A DNA stretch of 64,000 nucleotides from Octopus vulgaris (lineage: Eukaryota): assembly GCA_951406725.2 (NCBI GenBank), contig OX597815.1, forward strand, positions 116,126,001 to 116,190,000. The letters are read 5' to 3'. This document shows, piece by piece, positions 1-13,230 of the stretch (positions are counted from its first letter, which is position 1; the number at the start of each line of letters is the position of its first letter). Below the pieces are notes generated by a model. The model was not told where the DNA came from, did not search any database, and worked only from the letters and a program-made list of their open reading frames with translations. The translations under genes and the position numbers were made by a program.

Positions 1-352
1 TGGAATGCATATTACATTTAAGAAAAGGGGCGACCAATTTGGCTACTACTCAGGGAGACCAAAACTCACACTACGTTACTTTTATTCTTGATATTACGAT
101 CACTTTATGCCCTGGCGTAGATAGCCAAGTAGTGTCCGCTGGTAATGTACTTAAAAGTATCACAGTATCGTCAAATATTACGAACCCAGCTGAATGCGGA
201 ATACTGTTTTTACTGATAAATGTGTTAGTTAACGTACTGTACACATATACACAACTATACCTACCATTTATAATATAAAATTGTGTCTGCTGTATTTTCT
301 GTAATTTGGTATGTATTTTTTAATAGTGAGGTATTTCCGTGGTTGGCACTTT

Positions 353-355
<3 letters not shown>

Positions 356-407
<52 letters not shown>
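356..407. repeat. (TA)n microsatellite
   Basis: Pure TA run, bracketed by a duplicated GGCACTTTCCCTAT. Confidence 0.95.
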
Positions 408-410
<3 letters not shown>

Positions 411-851
411 CACTTTCCCTATGTATATATATAAAACATAATAAAGGTGGCTAGACGCAATATAAAACCAAGAAGGAAGAATTAAGTTGTCACTAATAGT
501 GACTGAGGGTGCACTGTAGCACCTACATTGCTAGAAATAAGAGTCAAAGACCCTTATAGCTACAAACATAACACAAGTCTATGTACTGACAGGGTAGTTA
601 ACCGCTTACAGCGAGCGAAGATACTAAATTGGTAAACCAATTTCCCTTGAAATTAAAGCTCATTAGCTCCATCGCTTATAGTTATGTCAAATCCAGCCTG
701 TCAGCATATAATTTCTACCATAAGAATCAATGGCTGATTCAGCAAAATGTTAATGGGAAAATTATAAAATAATAAAGGTCACTAGACAGGCGCTGTACAT
801 ACATTGTCATTCTTGAGTTTTGTATACATACATACATCATGCATGCATGCA

Positions 852-893
852 TACCTACCTACCTACCTACCTACCTACCTACCTACCTACCTA

Positions 894-956
<63 letters not shown>

Positions 957-1039
957 ACCTACCTACCTACCTACCTACCTACCTACCTACCTACCTACCT
1001 ACCTACCTACCTACATACATACATACATACATACATACA
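852..1039. repeat. Compound tetranucleotide microsatellite (CCTA)n(CCTG)n(CCTA)n(CATA)n
   Basis: Read directly; neighbouring units differ by single substitutions. Confidence 0.95.
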
Positions 1040-1905
1040 GTTGTCCGAAAATGCCATCACATTATCTACCGTTGAGACATGATGTAGCTAAGACAATCTA
1101 TAATGAAATCCGTCGGAAGGATAACCTCGAGGACAAAGAAATAAGAATCCACAATATGGTAGAAGCCATAGTCACTCATAATAAAAAGGAGTAGTGGGGG
1201 AATGTCCTAGTGAAGACCTTAATAAAATGTAAGCACAACAGAACTGATATAAAAATTTGGGATAGAGAAGAAAAACTGTGTACAGTTGTGGAAATTAGCT
1301 GCCCAGCGAATGTTAACATAAAGCTGAAGATCAGTGAAAAAGAACACCTACGCTGAATTATTGAGAAAGCTGCAGTTACTCTATCCAGATTATAAGTTCA
1401 CATTTATACCTGTAATTATTGGGGCTCTGGGATATGTAAAACACTGCCTAAATACCAGCCTTGAGAAATTAGGCTTCTCAAAACCAGAAATAGAAAGATA
1501 ATTCGAATTCTATAGATCCAATCCATCACTGAAACTGTAAAAATCTGTAAAGCTTTCCAGAAGTTTATCATTTAAATATATATGAGCATGTCTAGATATG
1601 CAACTATATGCATGAGAATACATACATAAAAACATACAAATCTGCACACATACATACATACATACATACATACATACATACATACATACATACATACATA
1701 CATACATACATACATACATACATACATACATACATACATACATACATACATACATACATACAAACAAACAAACAAACAAACAAACAAAAATACCCTGTTG
1801 ATGTTGAAATTCCAATGAGGGAACCTTGAATCTAGGTTAGAAAGCGGCCCTTTCTCTATTGGCCAGAAATCTTGAAATAAAACTAAACAATGATAAACAT
1901 AAAAC
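1040..1905 (+). mobile_element. 5'-truncated R2-group (R4/Dong/NeSL-like) LINE: restriction-like endonuclease relic plus 3' UTR, embedded in (CATA)n
   Basis: Frameshifted translation SCP..YLPLRHD..KHNRTDIKIWDREEKLCTVVEISCP..FIPVIIGALG matches RLE motifs (RHD, RPD-like, PIIVGALG-like). CATA tracts lie on both sides and inside the 3' UTR. Confidence 0.8.
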
Positions 1906-2248
1906 ATGCATGCATACACACATACATACATACATACACACATGCATGCATGCATAAAACATGCATACATACATGCATACATGCATACATACATACATAC
2001 ATACATACATACATACATACATACATACATACATACATACATACATACATACATACATGTACACACTTGGGTGTATGCATCGGCAATTCAACCAACACAC
2101 CAAACTCAACCACTTATTTATACAAACATCGGGAACTCTCTTAACCCAAAAAGTCTTGTCGATTTGTTAGCGACCGACTTGAATTCTCTGAAGAAGATTC
2201 TTCAATAAAGCTCAAAGAAAAATCATGTATACATATGTACGTACGACC

Positions 2249-2360
2249 GTATGTATGTATGTATGTATGTATGTATGTATGTATGTATGTATGTATGTAT
2301 GTATGTATGTATGTATGTATGTATGTATGTATGTATGTATGTATGTATGTATGTATGTAT
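2249..2360. repeat. (TATG)n microsatellite
   Basis: Pure run; one of many similar tracts (about 2.93, 28.2, 31.5, 37.3, 53.4 and 62.2 kb). Confidence 0.95.
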
Positions 2361-2930
2361 CAGCTAACAGCCGATGTTTGTTTGAGGTGGATATTTGTTA
2401 ATGATTAAGCTATCAAGTAGAAATCTAGATCTCGCAATTTCACCACCAATGCTGGGTAATCATCACTGCTACTAATGGTGTTCTGTTTTTAACACGATAC
2501 GGCAATAAGAGATACTTTCTCAAGACAAACACTGCAGTTTAAAAGGATTTCAACACAGAGAGAGAAGGAGACAGAGACAGAGACAGAGAGAGAGAGAAGA
2601 TCTATACAGAAGATTTGATACGACGCAGTATTCATTTACCACCAAGAAAGCAAGTTTGTCATAGTTAATACTGATGGATTTGAACCGAAATATATCTCAA
2701 AGTACAACTAGTGTTATTACCACTACTATAATGACTGGTTTCACAGTTATTTTTCTTGTTATTGTAGTTGATGTTATTGTTGACGTTAGCTCGATATCAA
2801 ATTTATCACCAGGAACTAACACCATTGTTGTTTATTGCGTATGTTGTAATAAAGAAGTCTCACACGGAGGTTTAGTCAGATAAGGCCTAAGTCTAAATAA
2901 CACTGACAATAGTCGTTGACGAAACTGCAG

Positions 2931-2961
<31 letters not shown>

Positions 2962-3116
2962 TGTATGTATGTATGTATGTATGTATGTATTTATGTATGT
3001 ATGTATGTATGTATGTATGTATGTGTGTATGTATGTATATGCATGTATGTATGTGTATTTAAGTATGTGTATGTGTGTGTAAATATATATATATATACAC
3101 ACACATATATACATAT

Positions 3117-3159
<43 letters not shown>

Positions 3160-3172
3160 CATACATACATAT

Positions 3173-3216
<44 letters not shown>

Positions 3217-3629
3217 GCGCGTGCGTACACACACACACACTTCTAAAGCTGCAGTTGTTATCTGTAAAAAGAAAGCCAGAAAAATGCAGGCGGTGTGCTG
3301 CTTATTCAAGGAAATTATAAGAAACCCAAAATGGCTGATTTTCTTTTTTTTCTTTTCCATAATTAATCTATTTTCATACATAACAATAATACTGACAGCT
3401 TGAGAAATATGATTATAGCCTAAAATATTCCTTTCTACTCTTCCCTGAAATATTAAGGAAGTAATACCTAGCTCTCCCCTATTAAATTCGTGTTGCTTCA
3501 GCTATGTTCTTTTTCCCTTTTATTCTCTGTCATTCGCTTTCTCTATCTTTTTCTTTTTGCTTTGTATTCTTTGTCGCTTGCAAACTTTTTTATTCCTATT
3601 TTCTTCCTTTTTTTTCTTCCTCTTGTTAT

Positions 3630-4050
3630 TGCATGATTGTGTGGTTAAGAAGTTCGGTCTGTAACTACGTGGTTTCGAGTTTCAGTCCCACCACCCGGCA
3701 CATTAGGCAAGTGTTTTCTACTCTAGACCCGGGCCAACTAATGCTTTAGGAAAGAATTTGTTCGACGGAAACTGTGTGGACGCCATTCGTGTGTTTGTGT
3801 GTGTGTGTGTATGCGTGTGTGTGTGTACATGTATGTGTATATATGTGTGTGTTTGTGTGTATGAGAGAGAGAGAAAGAGAGAGAAGAAGACTTTGTACTT
3901 GTATTTGTACCCTTACACTTCCTGACAACCGGTATTGTTTTGATTACGTCACCATTACTTCGTTGCTCAGCAAAAAAGGCCAGAGTTAGTACCGGAGATG
4001 GTGCTCTGGCATGACAGCAGTTCTGTGACTGAAACAAGTGGAAGACAAAA
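3630..4050 (+). mobile_element. tRNA-derived SINE, family B (GGCAAGTGTCTTCTACT core, internal microsatellite)
   Basis: TGTGTGGTTAAGAAG..GAGTTTCAGTCCCA head; body shared with copies at about 19.0, 37.1, 51.1, 59.6 and 60.6 kb. Confidence 0.75.
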
Positions 4051-4429
4051 GGATTACACATACATACGCACCTGCACACATGTCCACTCACTCACCCAAA
4101 TTTATGCACAAGGGTTCTACCGAAAGTATTGCAAAAGTAAGCATAACATTTTAACTGCCACACGTCGTTCAAATAGCACATTGCTGTTAGAGTAACTCTT
4201 CCTCTCCCATAAGTCTTCTTGGTCTACTACATTGCAGGGAAATACGAATGACGTAGCTAGAGCGTGTACCGCCCAGTGAAGCCCTTGAGTTTGTCACTCT
4301 CTAGTCCCCACCCCCAAGCCTATTCAAGCTTATACGGCAGACCCACTAGTGCCGCTCCCATAAAAGCATCGTCAGGAATGGACCGTTCCCTCCCCACCTA
4401 GCTATACTATTGGGGAAATAATGGGTTTT

Positions 4430-5200
4430 CTAGCAAAAGCAACGTGCCGTCGTTGAGTTATTGACGAAGGAGGGTTGCAGGCTGTACGACATCCACAGGA
4501 AGCAACAAATACTTTACGGAGAGGATTCCATTGACAAGAGCAATGTGCACAGATGGATGAAGTTTAAAGAAGAGAAAACTAGTATTGAAGACAAACCGCG
4601 CAGCGGTTGGTGCTGGAAACTATGGTGACTGTTATTTGGGAATGACAAAAATGTAATTCTCTTTGATTTTCTGGATTGTGGCTGTACCGTGAACAGCAGG
4701 GCCGGTCCTACGGTTGTTGGTGCCCCGGGTTAGCTGAATTCTGGCGCGTACAAGCTGACGGTCGTGAAAATCTCCTTGTCTTTGTCACGCCCTCCTTAGC
4801 GCCCCCTAGCACATAGAACCCCAAGTGACTTCCCGAATTGCTAGTACCTTGAACCGGCCCTAGTGAACAGCGAATGGTACATTGAGATACTAAAAGAAGA
4901 TTAAAGAAGCCATTAGAAGAAAGAGACCAAAACAAGAATCTGAAAGCTATTCACATTCATAACAATGCACCACTACACACATCTTTGTCAATAAAGCAGC
5001 CATTCGCCAAATTAGACTGGTTTGTGATTCTCCCCACCGTACAAGAGGATTCAAGACTTGTGTTTTAACGATGACGCAAACACATCGCTTGTTATGGAGA
5101 CTATGTTGAGTAGTACCTTTGCAGAGGAGAAGAGTTTCTCTGTCAACATGTGCAATTTGAACGCCATATGCCAGTTAATAAAGACGTTATGGGCACATTT
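4430..5200 (+). mobile_element. Degenerate mariner transposase relic
   Basis: Translates ..YGEDSIDKSNVHRWM..FKEEKTSIEDKPRSG (HTH), MVTVIW..DFLDCGCTVNS and HNNAPLHTS (HDNA-like), with stops and frameshifts. Confidence 0.75.
4697..4862. mobile_element. hAT-type MITE inserted in the mariner relic
   Basis: TIRs CAGGGCCGGTCC / GAACCGGCCCTA; perfect 8-bp TSD GTGAACAG at 4689-4696 and 4863-4870. Confidence 0.85.
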
Positions 5201-5284
5201 GCCTTACTTTCGAAACAACCATCGTTTGTGTGTGTGTGATAATTCGATTTTAACGGTGGATCTCGAAGTACATAAACCTATAAT

Positions 5285-5490
5285 AACCCTTTCTATTATA
5301 GGCAGAAGGCCTGAAGTTTAAGGGGTGGGGCAAAGTCGATTACATCGATCCCAGTGTGTAACTGATACTTATTTCATCAACCCCGAAAGGATGAAAGGCG
5401 AAGTCAACTTCGTAAGAATATGAACTCAGAACGTAAAGATAGGACGAAATTTTGCCCGGTGCGGTAACAATTCTACCAGCACACCACCTT
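5285..5490 (-). mobile_element. tRNA-derived SINE, family A (GCCTTTCATCCTTTCGGGGTCGAT central domain, Meta-SINE-like)
   Basis: Matches more than ten other copies in the window. Confidence 0.75.
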
Positions 5491-5754
5491 GATAAAGCTA
5501 TAAACAATAGCGTATAAATATTGGCGTAAAATCTCTTTCGAAAGAAAAGTCGAAGACTGCCGTGGTTCGAATCCCACAGGCAGCCGCGACTTTTCCTCCC
5601 CAAAGAGTCTTTTTTTTATCCCAGTATTCACACGCTATTATTTATTTATTTATTTTCTATACTTTCAGCTCAGAGCTGCGGCCATGCTGATGCACTGCCA
5701 TTAGATTTATCTACTTCGTGTTCCGCTGTCAAATTCGAATTATATATATAAAGA

Positions 5755-5812
<58 letters not shown>

Positions 5813-5907
5813 AATAGCAATAATATAAGTGGCCAGCAAGCGTTGAAGCCAAGAAGGCAAATTCATAAATTTATTAATTAATAATTAATTAATTATATAT
5901 GTATATA

Positions 5908-5964
<57 letters not shown>

Positions 5965-6310
5965 AAATAAACGATTAAAAAACAGGAAAACCAAACAAAA
6001 GTGAATTAGACGTACAAATTGAATATAATTAGATTGACGCTCGGTAGAAATGACGTTTCGGGTATGGCTCATCATCGGAAAGAGGAAAACGTCCAGAGAG
6101 GAGGAAAGGAAGGAAGGAGCAGATAGTCTGGAGAAAAGCACGTGTATCATTGGAAAGAGGGCGAGAGGGAGAGGGAGGGAGAGGAAGAGAGGGGGAGAGG
6201 GAAAGAAGGGGAGAAGGGTAAGGGGAGAGAGAGAGGAGGAGCGAGAAACCATAAAAACAAGATTTCATCAAGTTGACTCTATCAACATTGTGCTCTTTTA
6301 ACAAAAACAA
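5965..6310 (-). mobile_element. Microsatellite-flanked non-coding element with degenerate hammerhead-like motif
   Basis: Minus strand CCGATGA-TGAGCCATACCC-GAAACGTC at about 6046-6085; (TG)n on both flanks. Confidence 0.4.
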
Positions 6311-6767
6311 TTTTGTTTGTGTCTCAGTATGTATGTGTGTGTGTGTGTGTGTGCGTGCTATTCAAGACAGAACGGTATTCAAATTTTTAAATTTTTATTA
6401 AGGATTTTTCATTATTTCTTTTTAATTAGTTCTTGCTTAATACATAAACGAGGCAATAAAACCGATCTGTAGTCTACACGCTGTCAAGAAGATGTGACCG
6501 AGAGAGAATAGAAATGTTAATTAAGGGAAGAAGAAATATTAATGAGGAGGAGTAGAAATGTTAATGAGGGGAGGAGCAGAGATGTCAATGAGAATGACTA
6601 TAAATGTTAATGAAAAGGACAAGAAACGTAAATGGACTGAATGTAATTAAAACATATAGAACTGATAAGAAAATATGGAAAAAAATTCCTTTATAAAAAA
6701 ATTTTACGCAAACATATTTAAAAGAAAAGCTTTTCTTTACACATACACACAGACACACACACACACA

Positions 6768-6806
<39 letters not shown>

Positions 6807-7049
6807 ACACACACACTCACTCACTTATGCCTCGTTTAATTTATTACGTTTACAAATGCTCCGTCGTCAACAGAATCATTTAGAAATAACAAAAACATGC
6901 TTTGCTGTGCATCAGAAGTAGCAAAGTTGCTGGGCAATGAAATTACACAGTGAAGTAAAGAAGTTAAATCGAACAGCACCTGTGAAGGTGTACAGAACAC
7001 GGAAAGGTATAAAAAAAGAAAAGCGGTGAAGATATACAGAACTGAATAA

Positions 7050-7195
7050 TTCTTCCTACTATAAGCTCAAAGCATGGTACTGGTACTCGTTTTATCGATC
7101 TCGAAAGGTTTAAAGGCAAAATCGATCTCAGTGAAATTTGAACTCAGAACGTAAGCCGGAAGAAATGCTGCTAAGCATTCTTCCACCCCGCCGCT
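7050..7195 (-). mobile_element. SINE family A, partial
   Basis: Similarity to other copies (GAACTCAGAACGTAA..GAAATGC..CTAAGCAT). Confidence 0.7.
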
Positions 7196-7324
7196 CTCAT
7201 GTACAATGAACAATGCTAATGAATATACATAATATTATCGGCAAAGATATACAGAACAACAACAGTGGAGCTGTCTTGATGGGTTCAATCGAATAAATCG
7301 ATCCCACTACTTTTTTCTCTTATT

Positions 7325-8745
7325 AAGTACTGTCCATAAAAGAAACTGTTAAAAACAGAAATAAGTTAATCGATTTACTTTTAACTAGACTTGTCTCTTT
7401 CAAAATAGTCCCCTCTACACTTGATACATCACTCCCAAATTTGAAAGTTTTCTGGAACATGTTTTCAGGGTTAGTACGCAATTTTTGTAACGAATTATCG
7501 TCGATATCTTTTATCGCTTGAAACTGGTTGCTTCGCAGGGGGACTTTCAACTTTGGAAACAGAAAAAAATTTTCAGGAATCGAATCTAGAGAGCAGGGTG
7601 AGTGACGATGTTCCAACCCACTGCGACGGCTGCCTTTTGGTTCCAACATTAGTGGTACACCAACGTTTAGTCGTCACCTGATGTGACACTTTCCGAGAAG
7701 TTTCCATAAGCAGGAAGTTTCCATTTGTTTCGTGATTTATCAAAAAGTTACCGATAAGTTACCGTCACTTGAGCAGATGCGTTGTCATGGCGCGATACCA
7801 AGGTTTGTTCATGGCTTAGGCGCATTCCTTCATAATGCCTCTCTCAAATGGTCTAGAACTTCCACATAAAACTTTTTATTGATCATCTGACCACGCAGGA
7901 CAAAGTTATGATGCAATGCCTTTCCAATAAAAAATGATGTCGATCAACATCAACTTCCCATTTAAGCACCTCTGGTGTGCTTTCTTTTGTCACAGTGACG
8001 ATGATCCAACCTACTGCGACGGCTGCCTTTTGGTTCCAACATTAGTGGTACACCAACGTTTAGTCGTCACCTGATGTGACACTTTCCGGGAAGTTTGCAT
8101 AAACGTTCGAACGATCAAACAACTCCCTTCTGGTCCTGACTAGAGCCAGGGGCCTCATGAGTCAAGGGAACAATTATGATCAATGTATGCATTGACTCGC
8201 TTTCAATAGATATATATTACAGGACCAGTGCGTTGTTTAAAAATTTGTGGCACGAAGTTTTGCACAGGCCTACTTTAGAAACTTCACGGATAGTCAGGCG
8301 ACAATATTCACTGATCAAATCACACACTTAAACAGTGTGAACGTCGTCTACTATCCTGTAAGGTTGCTCAGAATTGGGATAGTCTTCGGTAGATGTTCTC
8401 CTCAATTTCAAATGCTGGTATCATTCGTGATATTGTGCACGGCTCAAACAATCTCCTCCATAGGATTGTTGCAGCATTAGAAAAGTCTCAGTAATTACTT
8501 TCCCAAATTGAAGCATAATTTCACATGAATACCCCACTCGTCCAAATCCTTCATTGTTCAACAAGGGACAAAGTACCAAGTGTAGTTGACATACTTCACT
8601 TTAGCTCATGTAGATCGATGACTAACTGTCGATGGGTGATGCGGTTATCATTAATCTAAAGGCCAAGGTTACCCATACACAGCACTGCAGTTAGCCGGCA
8701 TGCTGCGCCGGCTCGTCGACGCGTTGTTTTAAAAGACGGATCTTT
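7325..8745 (-). mobile_element. Degenerate mariner element with an internal duplication of about 100 bp
   Basis: ORF 7323-7649 contains PCSLDSIPENFFLFPKLK..LRSNQF (YSPDLAPxDFFLFPKLK-like). Segment 7602-7703 is repeated at about 7994-8096. Confidence 0.75.
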
Positions 8746-9135
8746 TATACACACATATATGTTCACTTAACTACATCTGAATATAAATACAACTGCATTC
8801 ATACATGCACACATAAACACGTACACGTGCACACACGTACACACACACGCACGCGCACATATTCATGTTTTTTGTGCGTGTGTATATATGTATTTATGTA
8901 AGTGTGTACATTGGTGGGTGTATGTGTAGATACAGACATACACATACGCGCACGTGTACACAGAAATTTAAGAAATAGTTCAATATTAGTGTTTGTACAT
9001 TTGAAATAAATTGGACTTGATAGATTACATAAGAAATAGAATTCTTGATACGGAAGATTCACTATGAATGTTGACAGTTACATATTTTCTATGCAGAAAA
9101 CTTGCTGTGCATTAGGGTGGATGGAACTCACGCAC

Positions 9136-9225
<90 letters not shown>

Positions 9226-9274
9226 GGTCTGTCTGTAATGTGTGTGTGTATGTATAATTACACATACATACATG

Positions 9275-9307
<33 letters not shown>

Positions 9308-10039
9308 GTGAATTTGTCTGTGTTAACTATATCTTTATTGGAAACCGGTTCCCTTCCCAGTAGAAGAGACATACATACACACATACATACATACATACAT
9401 ACATACATGCATACGTACATACATACATACATACATACATACATACATACGCATACACACTCGCAAACGTATACACACTTGCTCGCACGCACTCATACAC
9501 GCACACACCTTTGAGTTTAATTGCACAACGTTAACTGCAATCGTCCTGGCTTTACTGAGATATTCGGCAAAGTTATGGAATTTCTGCACAAAAACGAGTA
9601 ATATCGACATTTTAGGACACTTCATAAATCCTTTTGTCATTGTTTTCAAAACGCGCATCAAAGGGTTGTAGTTAATAAATTCCCATCAACAAAGTCTCAC
9701 AATTCGGTTATTCACAGTCATATTGTTAAATTCTTCAGTTGAAGTCAGCAGATATGCGAAGTAACTGCGTAAACCTGATAGCATATGTTATTCTGTGTAT
9801 TCTTTAACTCATTTAGTCTTTTGTTTCTTTCAGGCATTGGGTTGCGGTTATACTGGAGCAACATCTTGTGCGGTTAGTCGAACAAATCGTTCTCAGTAAT
9901 TATTTTAAGTCTGGAATTGATCCTCTTTTTTGCGGAACCGCTAAGTTACAAGAATATAAGAAAAAAAAAACAATCAGCTGTTGACAAATACAAAGACACA
10001 CATGCATATCAGGTTGAGTTAAAAACGATCGTATTTCAA

Positions 10040-11100
10040 GCTTTAATTAATGGTTCAAACAAATTTTATATTAAAAGCATTTATTCGTCAAAATATATCC
10101 CCTCATACTCTATCGTCTCTTGCCATTGTTATACCAGAAGCTAAATTCCACACTTACACCATTTGGTTGGTTTAGAAGCAAACAATTCCCTGCACCCGTT
10201 TTCAGCCTCATCCACATTGCTGAACTCCGTCCGTGCAGAAAATGAACCATGGCTCGGAAGAATTGGTAATCTCACGGGAAAAGGTTTGGATTGTGGTCAG
10301 GATGAGGAAGCAGTACTTCCAGCACCCCAAGTTCCTCAAGTTTGTGCTTGGTCACATTGGCAGCGTGTTCTGGGGTTTGTCATGCAGTAAGAGTTCGACT
10401 AATACCGGATAGCAGGCTTTCAAAGCATCATGTACTGATTGCAGTTGTTGAACATAAAGATTAGCGTTCACAGCATAACTATTTTGGACAATCTCAAACT
10501 GCAACAACCCCTCGAAATTCTACTAAACACCCCACACGACCTTCTGTTGAAACCGCCTTTGTTTGATAACAGGTTCTGAAGCCTGGCCGGAACGAAGCCA
10601 ATGATTTCTCTTATCAGGGTTACGAAAATAGGTCTACTTTTCGCCCCCAGTTACAATTTGATGTCAAAAACGAGCTTTTCAAGGATTTGCCAACAGTTGT
10701 TTGCAAATGTTCACACATCGTTGGGCCTGGTCATAGGTTAGTTCACAAGGAACTTCCCGGCTGTGTCAGTTTGCAAGACTGGGCTTATGAGGTGTCAACT
10801 GATAGTGTTTTGGGAAGGGTGAAGCTCTACCGTCAATGTGATGAATGCTTGTACTTGGCTGTTGTTCAACCATTTCAAGCTAGGCCTTCCACAATAGGAA
10901 GTCTCCCTAGCCTTAGTTTGTCTTCGAGGCTGGTGTCACCTTTCTTGAAACGTCTGAAACAATTTTGTATCACACGTTCGTTGACAGTTCCTGGGCCTTC
11001 CACATCATTAATTTCTTATTCTGCTGCCCTTGCACTGAGTCCTTTTTTCCACAGATAGCGTAAAATGGCTTTAATTACAATGTTTTGACCACTCATTATC
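10040..11100 (-). mobile_element. Near full-length degenerate mariner transposase
   Basis: MSGQNIVIKAILRYLWKKGLSARAAE*EINDVEGPGTVNERVIQNCFRRFKKGDTSLEDK..GR (HTH), followed by catalytic-domain remnants with stops. Confidence 0.8.
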
Positions 11101-11263
11101 AAAGCCTTAAAACAAAGAATAAACAATTAATATTTATATATTATATATAAAAATAAAGAATCAACAATTCAGCAACGATTGGACAAGTTGTATCAAATTA
11201 GTGATATAACATGGAGATACATGCTGCTAGATATCCTCTGTGAAAATTTTTTACTCAAACTGG

Positions 11264-11349
<86 letters not shown>

Positions 11350-11510
11350 TGATGGGCTACCACACAGTTTCCATCTAAGAAAATCATTCAAGTCATTGGT
11401 AGACCCAGTGTTATAATAGCAGACACTTACACGAGGTGTTGCATAGTAGAACTGAACTCGATTCAACGTGGTTGTGAAGCGAACCTGTTAACCCCATAGC
11501 CATGCCTACG
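11350..11510 (-). mobile_element. SINE family B, 5' part, next to (GATA)n
   Basis: Reverse complement gives GGCATGGCTATGGGGTTAAC..CGAGTTCAGTTCTAC. Confidence 0.65.
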
Positions 11511-12069
11511 CCTCTACAGAATAACATGAAAATCATTTCAACAATTTTTTCCCCGCTCACTGAATTATTTTACACGACTCAGAAACAAAGAATCATTCTT
11601 GAATTTAAAACCTTGGCAATCACAATGTTTGGTGTTCTATTCTTTCTGAACCACATTAACTGTCTGACACTCACGTGTTGTGAGATATCAAGTTGGAATA
11701 AATGTCATTCCTTTTTGTTTTATATGTGGGCGTTCAATTCGAATAAGAAACCTTATTTTATGATCGCACACACAAGAGATTAATTGTCATCTTAAGTTAA
11801 TATTCAGAGTTGATTCAAACTGACATGTCATTTTCTTTCTATATACAGATGCATGTATATGTATATATGTGCGTAATTGTGTGCTCACAGGCGTTTGGTT
11901 TACATAGAATGTCTTGGTGAAGTTAATTCATCGTTGAGGACAAACAAAATTACTTTTATAAAACCATCGTTTTATAACAACAAAACAATATTTACTGGAA
12001 CCTACTCTTTGGTTGCTGTCTCACCATACAGTTTTATCAAGTAGCTTTCATGTGAACTTGAGTTCGATT

Positions 12070-12590
12070 GATAATAATAATAATGAAATTATTGTATACA
12101 GTGCTCAGGTGCACCACAACTTGTCAAAAGTGTGTATAAGGAATATGCAGTAATGTACAAATGTCTGGAAAGCGAACAGTGTATGAGTCAGATACGTGCT
12201 TGCGTGTGTATGGTATGGATGGGAGAAAATCAGGTGTAGTGTTGGCGAATCTCAGGAAGCATGGAAGTTTTGAAGGATGCAGTGCTCCGTCAACTAACAA
12301 CTGATGCCGGCAGCTTGTTCCATACTTCAGCAACTCTTAGCATGAAAAAAATGTTTCCGAAAGTCATGGTAGTTGTGCTGTTTTCTGACTTTGTAAACAT
12401 GTCCATGGGTGTCAGACAGATAGAGTTTGAAAAGGTGCTCAGAGTTATTGTTTGTAAGATGGTTAATAATTTTATGGGTGTCCGCCAAGTCAGCTGCCAG
12501 ATGTCGGAGTTTCAATGTATTCATGCCCAGGGAAGTAAGGCGTTCAGAATATGGCAAATGCCTGATGGAGGGTATTCTCTTGATTATTCT
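12070..12590 (-). mobile_element. CR1/L2-clade LINE 3' end
   Basis: PYSERLTSLGMNTLKLRHLAADLADTHKII..HGHVYKVRK..RKHFF is typical of a CR1 ORF2 C-terminus; short (TTA)n tail. Confidence 0.8.
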
Positions 12591-12804
12591 TGATAATGTT
12601 CAATTCCACACACTTCTCAGAAGAGGCGTATTGTCTCATAAGTGTAAACAAGATATTTTAACAAAGAACTTGACTGTCGTAGACAGTTGTAGTATTTAAA
12701 TAGTTAAATATCGTGTTCAGCCGACTGAATAAAATTCTATTAGATGTCTAGGACTTACTTCATCAACCCTCAAATTTATAACAGGCAGGGAGTCAGAATT
12801 GAAT

Positions 12805-13230
12805 TTTGGCACAAGACCAACAATTTCCAGGGAGGGGTGTAAGTCGATTAGATCGACCCCAGTACTCAACAGGTATTTATTCTATCGACCCCGAAAGAAT
12901 AAAAGACAAATTCGACCTCGGCGGAATTTGAACTTAGAACGTAAAGACGGACGAAATGCCGCTGAGCATTTTGTTTGACATGATAACGATTCTGCCAGCT
13001 TTAGTGTCAGAAATAAATCTGTAAAAAAATAGGCACTTCACATTACAAGATTTCTTCCCTTCACTAACTTCAAAAATTTTATTTTAATATTGGCTCCAAG
13101 TTTTGGCACAAGGTCAGCAATTTCGATCGATCCCAGGATTCAATTAGTACATATTTTGTCGACCCCGAAAGGATGAAAGGTAGAGATGACATCTGAACCC
13201 AGAACGTAAAGACGGACGTAATGCCGCCAA
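12805..13230 (-). mobile_element. Two SINE family A copies (about 12805-13000 and 13090-13230)
   Basis: ATCGACCCCGAAAGGATGAAAGG / GAACGTAAAGACGGACG motifs. Confidence 0.75.

Noticed and set aside
4248-4412. Possible MITE with GTAGCTAG/CTAGCTAT ends
   Set aside because: TIRs are too degenerate and no TSD was found.
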